Positions 38,341 to 52,555 of a DNA stretch of 64,000 nt are shown in pieces. The notes under the pieces were generated by a model. That model was not told the origin of the DNA. It ran no database searches and was given only the letters and a program-made list of their open reading frames with translations. The position numbers were made by a program, and so were the translations under genes. Within the stretch, counting starts at the first letter, position 1, and every line of letters begins with the position of its first letter. The DNA is from Octopus vulgaris (taxonomy: Eukaryota), in the NCBI GenBank assembly GCA_951406725.2, contig OX597843.1:7502001-7566000 (forward strand), in the 5' to 3' direction.

Positions 38341-38695
38341 TTGGTCAGATAGCGTAGGTCCTTGACTCTATGGTGTTGTATTGGTAACGCCAGTATTGGT
38401 AGTAGTAGAAGTGGTCGTGTTGGTAGTTTAGTAGCAATAGCAGTAGTTACTGTAATAATTGTAATAGAGGCATTTTCCTCTTTCCCCACTGCCACTCACT
38501 CGCTAATCAGTACCCACTTACAACCAGATCCCAGAATGGTAAACAGCTCCCAATTCCGCCACCCCCCTCTCCTAAGGATCTTTCAAATCCTGTCTCCACC
38601 ACAACCCACCACCGTCCCATTCTTCCCAGCACATTACTGAATCAACCCACAACATGACTCACCCCTCCCTTCTCTAAATTGCCAACAGCCTTCGC

Positions 38696-39115
38696 GGATC
38701 TTTTCGGTTTGAACGGCAGTTTTTAAACATAATTTCTAGGGAACTAAAAAATTTAAAACTTCGTATTCTGGTAGAATGTGTCAAAATAAAACATCTTTTT
38801 CTCTTGGCTTTATTGAGAAAATTCTATAGTTTGTAAGATATTTGTTGTTTTTTTTTCTTCAATTTATGCAATTTCAACCAATTACTGACATCTATTGAGG
38901 TAAAAAACATTATGTGCCGTATGAATATGTCCCTCGTTTAAGAAACAGATTGGGTTTATTTACATTTCTGGAGAAAAAAAGATACCATTTCCCCCACCTC
39001 TAACACTAACCCTAAAACAGATTGAAATGCAATAGATCGATACTAGGGTCATAATTATGGGTGACAATTTCAAATGACACCACTAGAAAAACTACCGTTC
39101 AAACCGAAAAGATCT
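38696..39115. mobile_element. MITE with 8-bp TSD (Merlin- or hAT-type); duplicate 61593-62008
   Basis: TIR GGATCTTTTCGGTTTGAACGG. The TSD GCCTTCGC is perfect on both sides of the 61.6-kb copy. Partial inverted copies at ~36110-36317 and ~58935-59141. Confidence 0.85.
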
Positions 39116-39828
39116 GCCTTCACCAATTCTCTATTATTTTCCTACCAGGATAACACTAAATCCCTACATTTTCTTCCAATATCTACACCAAAATATTTCA
39201 GGACAAGACAAACGCACCCCCAAGACCAGAAATACCACATAAAATCTTAAAAAGCAAACATGTTTCTTCCGGTGAATTCCTATATTTTCTTATAATAATT
39301 GGACAAAAACATTGTGCACGAAAACACAAAATACACACAACACCAAAGAACAACAACCAACTGCATAAACAGACGTCAAAAGAAAATCAGACATTCTGAG
39401 TTTCCGTTTCTTTTCAGGGTTGTTCTGCTCAACACGAATTCCTGCAACAACTGGGACCTTTGCTGCAAAAACAAATAAATAAATAAATATATAAATAAAT
39501 AAATAAATATATAAATAAATATATAAACAAGCAAATAAATAAATAAATAAAGTAGTAGCTATTCAACATCTGGTGTTTGGCATATTTCTTTTATAGGTGC
39601 AGGTATGGCTGTGTGGTAAGAAGTTAGCTTCCCACCCGAATTGATTTTGGGTTCAGTCCCACTGCATGGCACCTTGGGCAAGTGTCTTCTACTATAGCCT
39701 TGAACCAACCAAAGTTTTGTGTATATATATATATATATCAGTAAATAAATGGAGTTGAACGAAAATGTTATTAAAATTCTTTTACTTTCTACATATATAA
39801 TGTCTTGTTGTTGAGATATGCTCTCTTT

Positions 39829-39911
39829 CTTTCCTGATGAGAAGATTGCATTTTACACCGTTTATTCCTTTGGAATAAAACCAATGTCGTCTTCGAAACA
39901 TATGTCGAAAG
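39829..39911 (+). ncRNA. Minimal type I hammerhead ribozyme with canonical core (duplicate 62710-62792)
   Basis: CTTTC-CTGATGA-GAAGA...TCTTC-GAAA-C-ATAT-G-TC-GAAAG. GUC site after C39906. Lies in hairpin element 39740-40020 beside (TA)n. Confidence 0.85.
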
Positions 39912-40088
39912 TAAAAGAATTTTAATAACATCTTCGTTCAACTCCATTTATTTACTTATACTACACAAATTACTGCACATTAACCCGGAGTTTCTACATT
40001 TGAATAGGTCGCAAAATTCACGCAATTAACAAGGATGAGTGTGTGTATGTGCATATATATATATATATACATATATAGATAGACGGAT

Positions 40089-40119
<31 letters not shown>

Positions 40120-40178
40120 GGATGGATATATATATATACATACATACAAACACAGACACACAAACTTGTACACATACC

Positions 40179-40238
<60 letters not shown>

Positions 40239-40539
40239 CATATATACGATGGGCTTCTTTCAGTTTCTGTCTACCAAATTTACTCACAAGGCTTTGGTCG
40301 ACACGAGGCTGTAGTAGAAGACACTTGCCCAAGGTGCCACACGCAATAGGGCTGAACCCGGAACCATCTGGCTGGTAAGAAAGCTACTTACCACACAGCC
40401 ACTCCGAGAGAGAGAGGGAAGAGGAAAAATAGATATATATATAGAGAATGATGGACAGATTGATGGATAGACGGACAGACACTCTTAGAAAGAGACACAT
40501 TGAAAGAAAGACGGAGAGGCAGACAGACAGACATGCTAC

Positions 40540-42994
40540 TTTATTAGCCACACAGGGCTGCACACAGAGGTAGATAGATTGATAGATATGCTTCTTTATT
40601 AGCCACACAGGGCTGCACACAGATAGAACAAATTACAAGGTAGAGCTTTTCTTTTGAAGGGTTAAAAAAAAAAAGGAAGGGGGAGTTTCGATCAAAAGGG
40701 ATCGTAAAAGGAGAGAAAGCGGACAAAAAAGGGGGGTTAAAAAAAGGGGGAGAGGAAAAAAAATTGATCAATAGGGATCGTTATCACAGAAATATCAATA
40801 TGAAGTGTAAAGGGGAGGACAGGTGAGGTTTACCCGTGGAAAGAAAAGCCTACGGAAAAGACCACGGTAACCTCGGTCAATGAAGTCACATTTTATATTT
40901 CTTTTTTTTTTTTTTTTGCAAATAAGCAACTCTCTGTTTTCAATTTCTGGGTTCATAGGATTATGCTCAAGGTAGTTTCGTCATTCATACGTGCCATTCT
41001 TGCTACATTCACCCATCTTTTTTTAAAACATTCGCTAGACAAAACTTGCCTCTCTACTCTCACTTTCCTTTTCAAGTGGTACTTGAAGAAGTTGATGAGA
41101 GATTGACCAGAGAGGAAAGTGTTTGTTTCCAATCCTTTCAGACGCGTCCACCAGATACATTCTTTCGCCATAGCCACAAGGATGATGAAAATAGCTCTTC
41201 CTTCCCGTTTGAAGGAAGGAGGCGTGACAATATTGACGATAGACTCAGCTGATAAACCGACTCGTCCCACACGTGACAGCAGTTGTTCGACATAAGCCCA
41301 CAGGTCGGAAATTGTTGGACAGACACTGAACGAGTGCGTGCAGAACGGTTTCGTCGCTCTGACCGCATCTCGGTCAGGTCGGCCCCGTGTTTCTCGAGCC
41401 GTGTCTGTAGAGCTTATCCCGAACGGGTAGCGCTTCTCGGTAGCACTGCCAGGCCAGGGATCTCTGGAGGTTGTCCATGGTCCCTGGCCCGAAAGTCGTC
41501 CTGAACAGGCGGGTCAGGTACTCCTCGTCGACGTCCAGGTTCGCCCCGAGCTCGTCGTCGTACCTCCCCTCCACTAAACCCCTATAGAATAGATTGATAG
41601 ATAGATAGATAAACAGATAGATAGACAGACAGATAGATAGATTGATGGATAGATAGATAGATAGATAGATGGATAGATAGATACATAGATGGATGGATAA
41701 GTTTCTTTATTGGCCACACAGGGCTGCACACAAATGGGACAAGTTACAAGGTAGAGCTTTACTTTTGGGGGATGAAAAAAACAAAAGACAAAAGAAAAAA
41801 AAAGGGGCGGCGTAGGTTTTCGATCAAGAGGGATCGTAAAAGGGAAGAAAAGAACCAAAAAAAAAAATAAATAAATAAAAAATAAAAAGAATAAAAAGAA
41901 AAGGTAAAGGAACAAAAGAAAAGAGAAATGAAAAAGGAAGAAAAAAGGGGAAAAAAAGGGGAAGAGGAAAAAAAACGATCAATAGGGATCGTGTATCACA
42001 GTGTTATGATATATGGTGTAAAGGGGAAAGCAAGTAAGGTTTATCCGTGGGAAGAAAAGCCTACGAAAAAGACCACGGTAACCTTGGTCAATATTGTTAT
42101 ATGTTACCACATTTGTTTGCAAGTGGGTAACCCTCTGTTTTCAATTTCTGGGTTCATAGGATTATGCTCAAGGTGGCTTCGTCATTCGTACGTGCCATCC
42201 TTGCTACATTCACCCATCTTTTTTTAAAACATTCGCTAGACAAAACTTGCCTCTCTACTCTCACTTTCCTTTTTCAAGTGGTACTTGAAGAAGTTGATGA
42301 GAGATTGACCAGAGAGGAAAGTGTTTGTCTCCAATCCTTTCAGACGCGTCCACCGGATACATTCTTTCACCATAGCCACAAGGATGATGAAAATAGCTCT
42401 TCCTTCCCGTTTGAAGGAAGGAGGCGTGACAATATTGACGATAGACTCAGCTGATAAACCGACTCGTCCCACACGTGACAGCAGTTGTTCGACATAAGCC
42501 CACAGGTCGGAAATTGTTGGATACTGCACGAGTGCGTGCAGAACGGTTTCGTCGCTCTGACCGCATCTCAGGCAGGTCGGCCCCGTGTTTCTCGAGCCGT
42601 GTCTGTAGAGCTTATCCCGAACGGGTAGCGCTTCTCGGTAGCACTGCCAGGCCAGGGATCTCTGGAAGTTGTCCATGGGCCCTGGCCCGAAAGTCGTCCT
42701 GAACAGGCGGGTCAGGTACTCCTCGTCGACGTCCAGGTTCGCCCCGAGCTCGTCGTCGTACCTCCCCTCCACTAATCCCCTATAGAATGCTTTGGTTGTG
42801 TTGAAGTCACTCAAGGTTGACCCAGGACGGCAGAGTTGCTTGAGAGCAACGCGACACTCGCGGTGCCATCGCCCCTCGGCCTCTTTTGATCCACGACTGC
42901 AGTTCGGTCATGGAGACGAGCTGCGGGAAAGCGTGCCTCACAAACGGCGACCACACCTGTTAGATAGATAGAGAGATAGACAGACTGATAGATT

Positions 42995-43064
<70 letters not shown>

Positions 43065-44390
43065 CAGATTGATGGATAGATTGATAGATAGATAGACAGC
43101 ATTAACGGGCAAACTGACAGACAATGCAAGAAATAGATGATCTTTACCTGTCACAATATCTCACTGTGTGGCACTTCTCACTTTTCTCTTATTTCACTTT
43201 CTATTCTTCTCAGGGTGTGTTTTGAGTTTTTTCAAGCCTAGAACTGTACGAAGCTGATGGCTCCAGAGAAATTTCGAATGGGAACTCAACTGTTACGGTA
43301 AAGAGAAAATTCTAATGAAGAAAAATTCACACCAAATGATGCAGAAATGCAAATACAGATTTCAAGCACATCTGAAGGCATACTCTAAGAAAATATCATA
43401 AAACGAGGAATTAAGATCTCTTCCATGATGAGAAGAAAGTGTCCCTTGGTTTAGCAGTTATAAATCTGATTTCAAAAAGATGTCTACAGATAAAATTCGG
43501 CAATTCCATTTGCAGTCAACTAATGAATTACCAATAAATGGAAATCATATTCAACAAAATCCGGGTTCAGTCCCACTGCGTGGCACCTTGGCCATGTGTC
43601 TTCTACTATAGCCTCAGGCCGACCAAAGCCTTGTGAGTGGATTTGGAAGACGGAAACTGAAAAGAAGCCCGTTGTATATATGTATATATGTATATATATA
43701 TGCGTGCGTGTGTTTGTGTGTCTGTGTTTGTCTCCCCAACATCGCTTGACAAGCGATGCTGGTGTGTTTATGTCCCCGTAACTTAGCAGTTCGGCAAAAG
43801 AGACCGATATAATAAGTACCTGGCTTACAAAAGAATAAGTCCCGGGGTCTAGTTGCTCGATTAAAGGCGGTGCTCCAGCATGGCTGCAGTCAAATGACTG
43901 AAACAAGTAAAAGAGTAAAGAGATATATGCAAAGATAGATAGATAAGTTTCTTTACTGGCCACACAGGGCTGCACACAGATGGGACAAGTTACAAGGTAG
44001 AGCTTTTCTTTTGGGGGATGAAAAAACAAAAAGCAAAAGAAACAAAGAAAAAAGGTGGCGTAGGTTTTCGATTAAAAGTGATCGTAAAAAGGGAAAAAAA
44101 AGAACAAAAAAAAATAAAAAAAGAAGAAAAGGAAAAGGAACAAAAGAAAAGAGAAATGAAAAAAGAAGAAAAAAGGGGAAAGAAAGGGGAAGAGGAAAAA
44201 AAACGATCAATAGGTATCGTGTATCACAGTGTTATGATATATGGTGTAAAGGGGAAAGCAAGTAAGGTTTATCCGTGGGAAGAAAAGCCTACGAAAAAGA
44301 CCATGGTAACCTTGGTCAATATTGTTATATGTTACCACATTTGTTTGCAAGTGGGTAACCCTCTGTTTTCAATTTCTGGGTTCATAGATA
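40540..44390 (-). mobile_element. Cluster of 5'-truncated L1/Tx1-like LINE 3' ends (40540-41590, 41700-42960, 43945-44390) in (GATA)n tracts
   Basis: ORF 42236-42814 has a zf-RVT-like C-terminus (LPVRDKL...C..C...ETVLH). The shared 3' end GTTTCTTTATTGGCCACACAGGGCTGCAC abuts GATA repeats. Confidence 0.85.
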
Positions 44391-44707
44391 GATAGATAGA
44401 GAGACAGAAAGGTAGGTATGTGGGTAGGCAGGCAGGCATGCAGGTTGCAAGGAAGGAAGGTAGGTCGGTAGGAAGATAGATAGACCATATTTACCTGCTG
44501 GAATATCTCAATGAGTGATTGTTCTAATTTCCTACCTTTTCTCCTATTCTTCTTTCTTTGTCTTTGAGGTTTTCAAACCCTGAACTGTACGATGCCAACG
44601 TGGTAATCTACAGCCGCCTTCCAAGAAATATGTAAATATTGATATATAACAGACCAATCATATCTATTAAGATACACACACACCCAACGACACACACGTA
44701 TATACAC

Positions 44708-44738
<31 letters not shown>

Positions 44739-45850
44739 TATATATATGTATGTATATATATACATACAGAAAATTGCGCTAAAATTTGATGTGTAGATAC
44801 CGATGGTATCAGCGTGTGTATAAGTCATGAAAAAAGTACAAAAATCGATTCCAGATGAGAATGCGATCGATAAAGACGTGGGAACGTGCATTTGTAAAAT
44901 CGTTTTTCTTTGGAATAGAAAAAAAGTCTCTTTATTTCTTCTTTTGCTGGTGTCTCAAATTTAGTTTAAATCAGTGTTTCTCAAAGGAGAGGGCTATGGG
45001 ACGGTCGGACAAGGTATTTTGAGAAAATTTGGTTTAAATGTTTGACAACTCAGCACCGTCCATTGGACAGAGGCGTTTTGGTCGTATATATATACATATA
45101 TGTATATATACACACACACACAAAAGTTCTGAAAATTCCCCAAAATGGGGTTTTGAGTGGTTTTATCGTATGCTTAAACCAGAATTCCATCAGAATTTTA
45201 AGAAAAATTCACGAAATTGATAACGTTATTTAAAACTTCACTCATTTTGAAACAATCAGAATACCTAATAGGGCGACGCCTGTTCTACACGTATGCAACA
45301 GAGACTGGGAAACCGGGCCCATATGCCTGGATAGGCTTGAAAAGGGTCTATGAATAAAAAAAATAAGTGTATTAAGTAACTGAATAAAAAACACTGATAG
45401 ATCAACACTAGTCTTACAAAGAAGTGGTCCTGGGGTCGATTTCTCGATTTAATGTGGTGCTCCACAAAGGGCGCAGTCAAATGACCGTAACAAATAAAAG
45501 AAAAAAGAATATATGCATATATATATATACACACACACATAAAAATAATCCGTAAATTCTTCCTCTTCGAAAATATTCATTTATATTATATTGAGGGTAC
45601 TACTATTCGTAGATGCCAACACGCTAAGAGGGACCAATGCGGTCAAAACTACTAAAAATAAACAAAATTTTACCGAATGCAAATCTTCAAAACACATCAT
45701 TTTAAAAAAGAATTCAGTTACATATCACATGTGATTTCGCAATTTCATAGATATCAAGTAAATATAAACATTCGTACATGCTACGACGAATTCTACGGTT
45801 GGCTATGAGCTTGTAATGTTATGTTTTTCTTTCTTATATTTCTTGAGTTT

Positions 45851-45914
45851 GTTGCACTGACGAACATGAAATGCATATTCTGCATTAAATGCGAAATCAC
45901 ATGTGATATGTAAC
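45851..45914 (+). ncRNA. Type I hammerhead in hairpin element ~45585-46050 (same family as 29545)
   Basis: GTTGCA-CTGACGA-ACA...TGC-GAAA-TCAC-at-GTGA-TA-TGTAAC. Stem III is the perfect palindrome ATCACATGTGAT. Confidence 0.75.
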
Positions 45915-46045
45915 TGAATTCTTTTTAAAATGATGTGTTTTAGGAGGAAGTTTTGCATTCGGTAAAATTTTGTTTATTTTTAGTAGTTTTGACCGCATTG
46001 GTACTCCTCTAGCGTGATAATCTACTTTAATAGTATTTACCCTCA

Positions 46046-46164
<119 letters not shown>

Positions 46165-46307
46165 TATCTATCTATACAATTATTCAATCTGATAAAACTA
46201 GAAACAAAATTTCCCAAAATGACATCATTTTACACAAATAAAGAAGCGAAATCAGTGACATATGACAGCTGCAACTTGCAAGATTCAATGGTAGTTCATA
46301 ACAAGAT

Positions 46308-46343
<36 letters not shown>

Positions 46344-46928
46344 ATATATATATATATATACATAAATATATATAGATAAGTTTCTTTATTGGCCACACAG
46401 GGCTGCACAGATGGGACAAGTTACAAGAGTGAGGCTTTTCTTTTGGGGGATGAAAAAACAAAAAACAAAAGAAACAAAAAAAAAAGGGATGGCGTAGGTT
46501 TTCGATCAAGAGGGATCTTATAAAAAGGGAAGAAAAGAACAAAAAAAAAATAATAAAATAAAAAAAAATAAAAAAATAAAAATAAAAAAGAAAAGGAAAA
46601 GGAACAAAAGAAAAGAGAGAAATGAAAAAAGAAGAAAAAAGGGAAAAGGAAAAAAGAAACGAAGATAGATGGATGGATGGATAGATAGATAAATAGATAG
46701 ATAGATGGATATATATATATATATATATATACATACATGCATAGATGGATGGAAATATGTATATATATACATACATATATATATATATACATACATACAT
46801 ACATATATATATACATACATACATACATATATATAGTTGGTTCTAATGATTTTTGTCCCTTTCTTTAATTTATATATATATATGTATATATATATAAATA
46901 TGTATATATATATATATATACATATTTT

Positions 46929-46960
<32 letters not shown>

Positions 46961-47002
46961 AATTATAGAAAGGGACAAAAAATATTTGAACCAAATTTAT
47001 AT

Positions 47003-47047
<45 letters not shown>

Positions 47048-47400
47048 AAAACTTATATATAAAGGACATCAGGATTTTAAAGAAAGTTCAGAAATTGTTA
47101 ATGTTATTTAAACTTCCTCATTTTGATACAATCAGAATACTAATAGGGTGACCCCTGTTGTACACGTATTTGCTCACAAAACTGGGAAACCAGCCCCAAG
47201 GCAAAACCTGGATAGGCTTGAAAAGGGATGCATGAATAAAAGAAATAAGAATTATTAAATTACTGTGCAAAAAACACTGATAGATCAACACTAGGCTTAC
47301 AAAAGAATTGGTCCTGGGGTCGATTTCTCGATTTAATGTTGCTCCACCAAGGCCGCAGTCAAATGACCGTAACAAATAAAAAGAAAAAAAAGAATTGATA

Positions 47401-47449
<49 letters not shown>

Positions 47450-47585
47450 GTCTATCTATCTATTCAATCTAATAAAAATAGAAACAAATTTCCCAAAATG
47501 ACATCATTTTACACAAATAAAGAAGAAATCAGTGACGTGTGACATCTATGACTTGCAAGAGTCAATGGTAGTTAGCAACAAGATA

Positions 47586-47618
<33 letters not shown>

Positions 47619-47697
47619 ATATATATATATATATCATATATATATATATATTTACATAGATAGATAGATCGATGAATAGATAGATAGATAGATAGAT

Positions 47698-47754
<57 letters not shown>

Positions 47755-47823
47755 ATGATGGAATATATGTATATATATACATACATACATATATATATAC
47801 ATACATATATATATATATATATG

Positions 47824-47857
<34 letters not shown>

Positions 47858-48064
47858 CAAGAAGGGTAGTAATATTATATATACTAATGCCCAGCACAAA
47901 AGACGAATTAGTCGTAAGACAAAAATATTATTCATATAGAAAAATATCTATTCATGTTGATTATACAATTAAGGGCTCTAAATAATATACTGCTTCTAAT
48001 ATTTTTGTCCCTTTCTTTAATTTATATATATATATGTATATATATATAAATATGTATATATATA

Positions 48065-49470
48065 TACTGATGCTCCTTGAGTCCAACGTTTCTCTCAGGG
48101 TACTAACGCTCTGTTGAGCATGCACACTGACATTGCACATCCATCGGAGCATACTGGCTTCATTTTTGAGCTTACGCATGTCCTCAGCAGTCACGGCCCA
48201 TATTTTACTTGCCATGTAGCATGGCTGTTCATACACATGCATCCCCATACAGTCCTGCCTTTTACTCTGAGCGAAAGCCTCAGTCACCAGCAGAGGTAAG
48301 AGCTCCTAAACTTTGCCCAGGCTATTCTTACTCTAACCGTTACACTTTCAGCACACCGCTTTCACAGCCTGACTTGGTCACCAAGATAATGGAAGCTATC
48401 AACTACTTCTAGGCTGGAAAGTGAATGGGGTGCTTTGTCTGCAAATTTCAGAGGTTACTGCTCCCGAGCATCTGCCACATTAAAAAGCCATCTTCCTAGT
48501 TAAACACTTCCTTTGACATTGCTGCACACCTCTTATGTGTCCATGGCTTACACTTGGTGCATCTTATAGACGTTTCTACCTACACCTTTTCTACAATCAG
48601 ACGCAGACACGCCATCTACCTGAAAAGGCGTTTGTGATTTGTCTACCGTATACCTAACAGATTGACTTTGGTTTTAGCTAGATTGACTCTAAGGCCCTTC
48701 GAAAACCTTGCTTCCACATGAAACTTCTCCTCCCAGTTCTGATAGTGACTCCACGTCTAAGAGCAAGGTCATCAGCATGAATTGGGGCATCCTGTCTTGA
48801 ATTCCTTCGATTATTGCCTGGACATCTTGATAAATAGGTAGGGCTGAGGACTGAGCAGGTGGACCCCTACCTCTACCCGGAATTCTATCATGTACTCGTT
48901 GCCAACCCTCACTGTACTAGCAGCGTCCCTGTACATGGCTCGCACAGCTCTCACTAAACATTCATCTATCCCTAGTTTCCTCATTGACCACCAGACAGGG
49001 ATCGGGGGACCCTGTCAAAGGCTTTACTAATGCGAACAGAAAGCCAGGTACAGGGGCTTATCTTTGGCTAGGTATTTCTCCTGCAGCTTTTACCAGGAAT
49101 ATAGCAATCAGTGGTACTTTTCCCACAGCACGAACTCAAACTGCATCTCATCTAAACTAACTCTCTCTCTAAATTAGTTGGGTTATGACCCTCTCTGTAA
49201 CCTTCATCCCCACCTGATCCAACAGCTTGATACCTCTGTAATTACTTGTATCAGGGCATCACCTTTACCTTTGTAGCAGTTGACTATTATGTATGCGAAA
49301 TCACCAGTCATATGGGTATGACTCCTTCGTGTATCACCTGATTAAATGATACGGGTGTTTTAGGCTATTGCATTCGGTACCAGATATCTTGTTTATCGCT
49401 GCAGTGATACCTGATGGGCCTGGGGCTTTCCTGTCTTCATGCTATCTACGAATGCTTAACTACTATAGAA
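48065..49470 (-). mobile_element. Degenerate RTE-like LINE reverse transcriptase fragment
   Basis: Minus-strand remnants of AFDRVP, ADDL and EASMLRWMC motifs, with many frameshifts. Confidence 0.75.
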
Positions 49471-49476
49471 TATCAA

Positions 49477-49626
<150 letters not shown>

Positions 49627-49760
49627 CTATCTATACAATTATTCAATCTGATATATATATATGCATATATATTTCCAAAATGACATCATTTTATATATAA
49701 TGAAAAAGAAATATATATATGAGCTGCAACTGTGTGATGTCAATGTGTGTTCGTAACAAG

Positions 49761-49802
<42 letters not shown>

Positions 49803-50309
49803 ATATATATATATAACATAAATATATATAGTAGAAGTCTCTCCTTAAATGTACACAGATGGGACAAGTTACAAGGTAGAGCTTTTCTGTTTTGGTCAAA
49901 AACAAAAACCATTGGCGTAGGTGTATTCTCAAGAGGGATCTCTGTGTGGTAATAAAATTATCTGCGAAAAAAACGAAGATAGATATATATATAGATAGAT
50001 AAATAGATATGATAGTATATATATGTATATATATATATATATACATATGACATAGATGGATGGAAATATGTATATATATACATACATATATATATATATA
50101 TATACATACGTACATATATATATACATACATACATACATATATATAGTTGTTCTAATATTTTTTTCATCTCTCTAATTTATATATATATGTGTATATATA
50201 TAAATCTGTATATATATATATGTATACATATGTATATATATATACATATATATATATATATAAATTATAGAAAGGGACAAAAATAGTCAGTTGAATATAT
50301 TGTGTATAT

Positions 50310-50404
<95 letters not shown>

Positions 50405-50772
50405 GGGGTTATGATAGAATTAAACGTTATGCTATAAAGGACGTGTTCACGAATTGACAAATTCACGAAATTGATAATGTTATTTAAAACTTCACTCATT
50501 TTGATACAATCAGAATACCTAATAGGGTGACCCCTGTTGTACACGTATTTGCTACAGAAACTGGTAGCAAGGCCCTATGCCTAGCTAGGCTTGAAAAGGG
50601 TGCATGAATAAAAAATAAGGGTATTAAATTACTGTGCAAAAAACACTGATGAATCAACACTAGGCCCACAAAGAGGTGGTCCTGAGGGTCGATTTCTCGA
50701 TTTAATGTGGTGCTCCACCAAAGGCCGCAGTCAAATGACCGTAACAAATAAAAGAAAATTGACCAGAATATA

Positions 50773-50816
<44 letters not shown>

Positions 50817-51195
50817 TATCTATCTATACAATTATTCAATCTGATAAAGGTGAGAGAGAAGACAAATTTCCCAAAATGACATCAACACAGAGAGAGAGAA
50901 AGAAAGAAATCAGTGACGTGTGACATCTATGACTTGCAAGAGTCAATGGTAGTTCGCAACAAGATATGTGTGTGTGTGTGATGTATGTGTGAATATATAT
51001 ATATATATAACACAGATAGATAGATGGAGAGATAGATAAACATAAATAGATAGATGATGGATGCGATATATATATATATATAAAACATACATACATATGC
51101 ACGTGCGCTGGATATATGTATATATATACATATACATATATATGTATGTATATATATATATACATACATATCCATTTCTTTAATTTATATATCTA

Positions 51196-51257
<62 letters not shown>

Positions 51258-51339
51258 CATATATCTATCTATACATATTTTTATATCTATACATATATAT
51301 ATATATTAAAGAAACAAAAATATCTACCAAAATTTATAT

Positions 51340-51378
<39 letters not shown>

Positions 51379-52555
51379 TATATGTAGGTGTATTGGACAG
51401 AGGCGTTTTGCCAATGCTGGTGTCTTTACGTCCCCTATATAAATATATATATATATATATATGTCACTTAGCGGTTCGGCAAAACGAGACTGATATCTAT
51501 CTGCATAATCTACTGGGCTTACAAAGAATAAGTTGTGGGGTCGATTTGCTCAACTAAAGGCGGTGCTCAAATGACTGAAACAAGTAAAATAAAAAAAGAA
51601 TAAAAAAATATGAATATATCTATATTTATATATATATATATATATTTATTTATGTATACACACAGTTCCGTGTTCAGTGTTACTGCGTGGCAACTTGGTC
51701 AAGTGTCATCTACTATAGCCTCGGGCAGACCAGAAGCCTTGGGAGTCGATTTAGTAGACGAAAACTGAAAAGAAGCTCAAGTTGTATATATGTATATATA
51801 TGTGTGTGTGTGTGTTTGTCTCCCCCAACGCCACTTGACAACCGATGCTGGTGTGTTTACTTCCTCGTAACTTCGCAGTTCGGCAAAATAGACCGATAGA
51901 ATAAGTATTAGGCTTAAAATAATAAGTCTGTGGATCTATTTGCTCGACTATATATAAAAATTATAATTTTGGGTTGATACGAGATAGCGCCCATGCTGAA
52001 AATAGCAGCCAAAATCTGACTCTAAAACCACATTAAATCTTCATACAGCACAAGGAGAGAAGACAAAAAGACAATATAAAACTAGGAAAAAATCACTTTT
52101 TTACTAGTATTTTACTGGTCGATAGGAAGATAGATCGATCATATTTACCTGCTGGAATATCTCACTGAGTGATTGTGCTTATTTTCCCCGTTTTTCTCCT
52201 ATTCCTTTTTCTTTGACTTTGAGCTTTTCAAGCCTATGAACTGTACGATGCCAACGTGGTACGCGCAACGCTGAATGCGATAAACTACTGCCGTTTTCCA
52301 AGAAAATGTAATTATTCATATGTAACTGACCTTATATATTAATAAAGATACAGGCACACCCAACGACACACACGTATATATGTATATATATGTATATATG
52401 TGTGGTGTTGTGTGTGTGTGTATATATATATATATTAGATGTATATGTGTGGGTGTGTATATAAATATATATATATATACACATATACTATATATATATG
52501 GCCCGGTGGTCGTAGGATCACGGTTTCGATTCTCGAGACCGGGCGTTGTGAGTGT

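Noticed and set aside
37306-38365. 348- and 310-aa LPTY-repeat ORFs (also 60087-61269)
   Set aside because: Translation of a (CCTA)n tract that is open in several frames and not conserved between the duplicates.
44848-44915. CAGATGA-GAATGC...GCATTT-GTAAA, hammerhead-like
   Set aside because: Both core segments are altered and stems I and III cannot be placed confidently.
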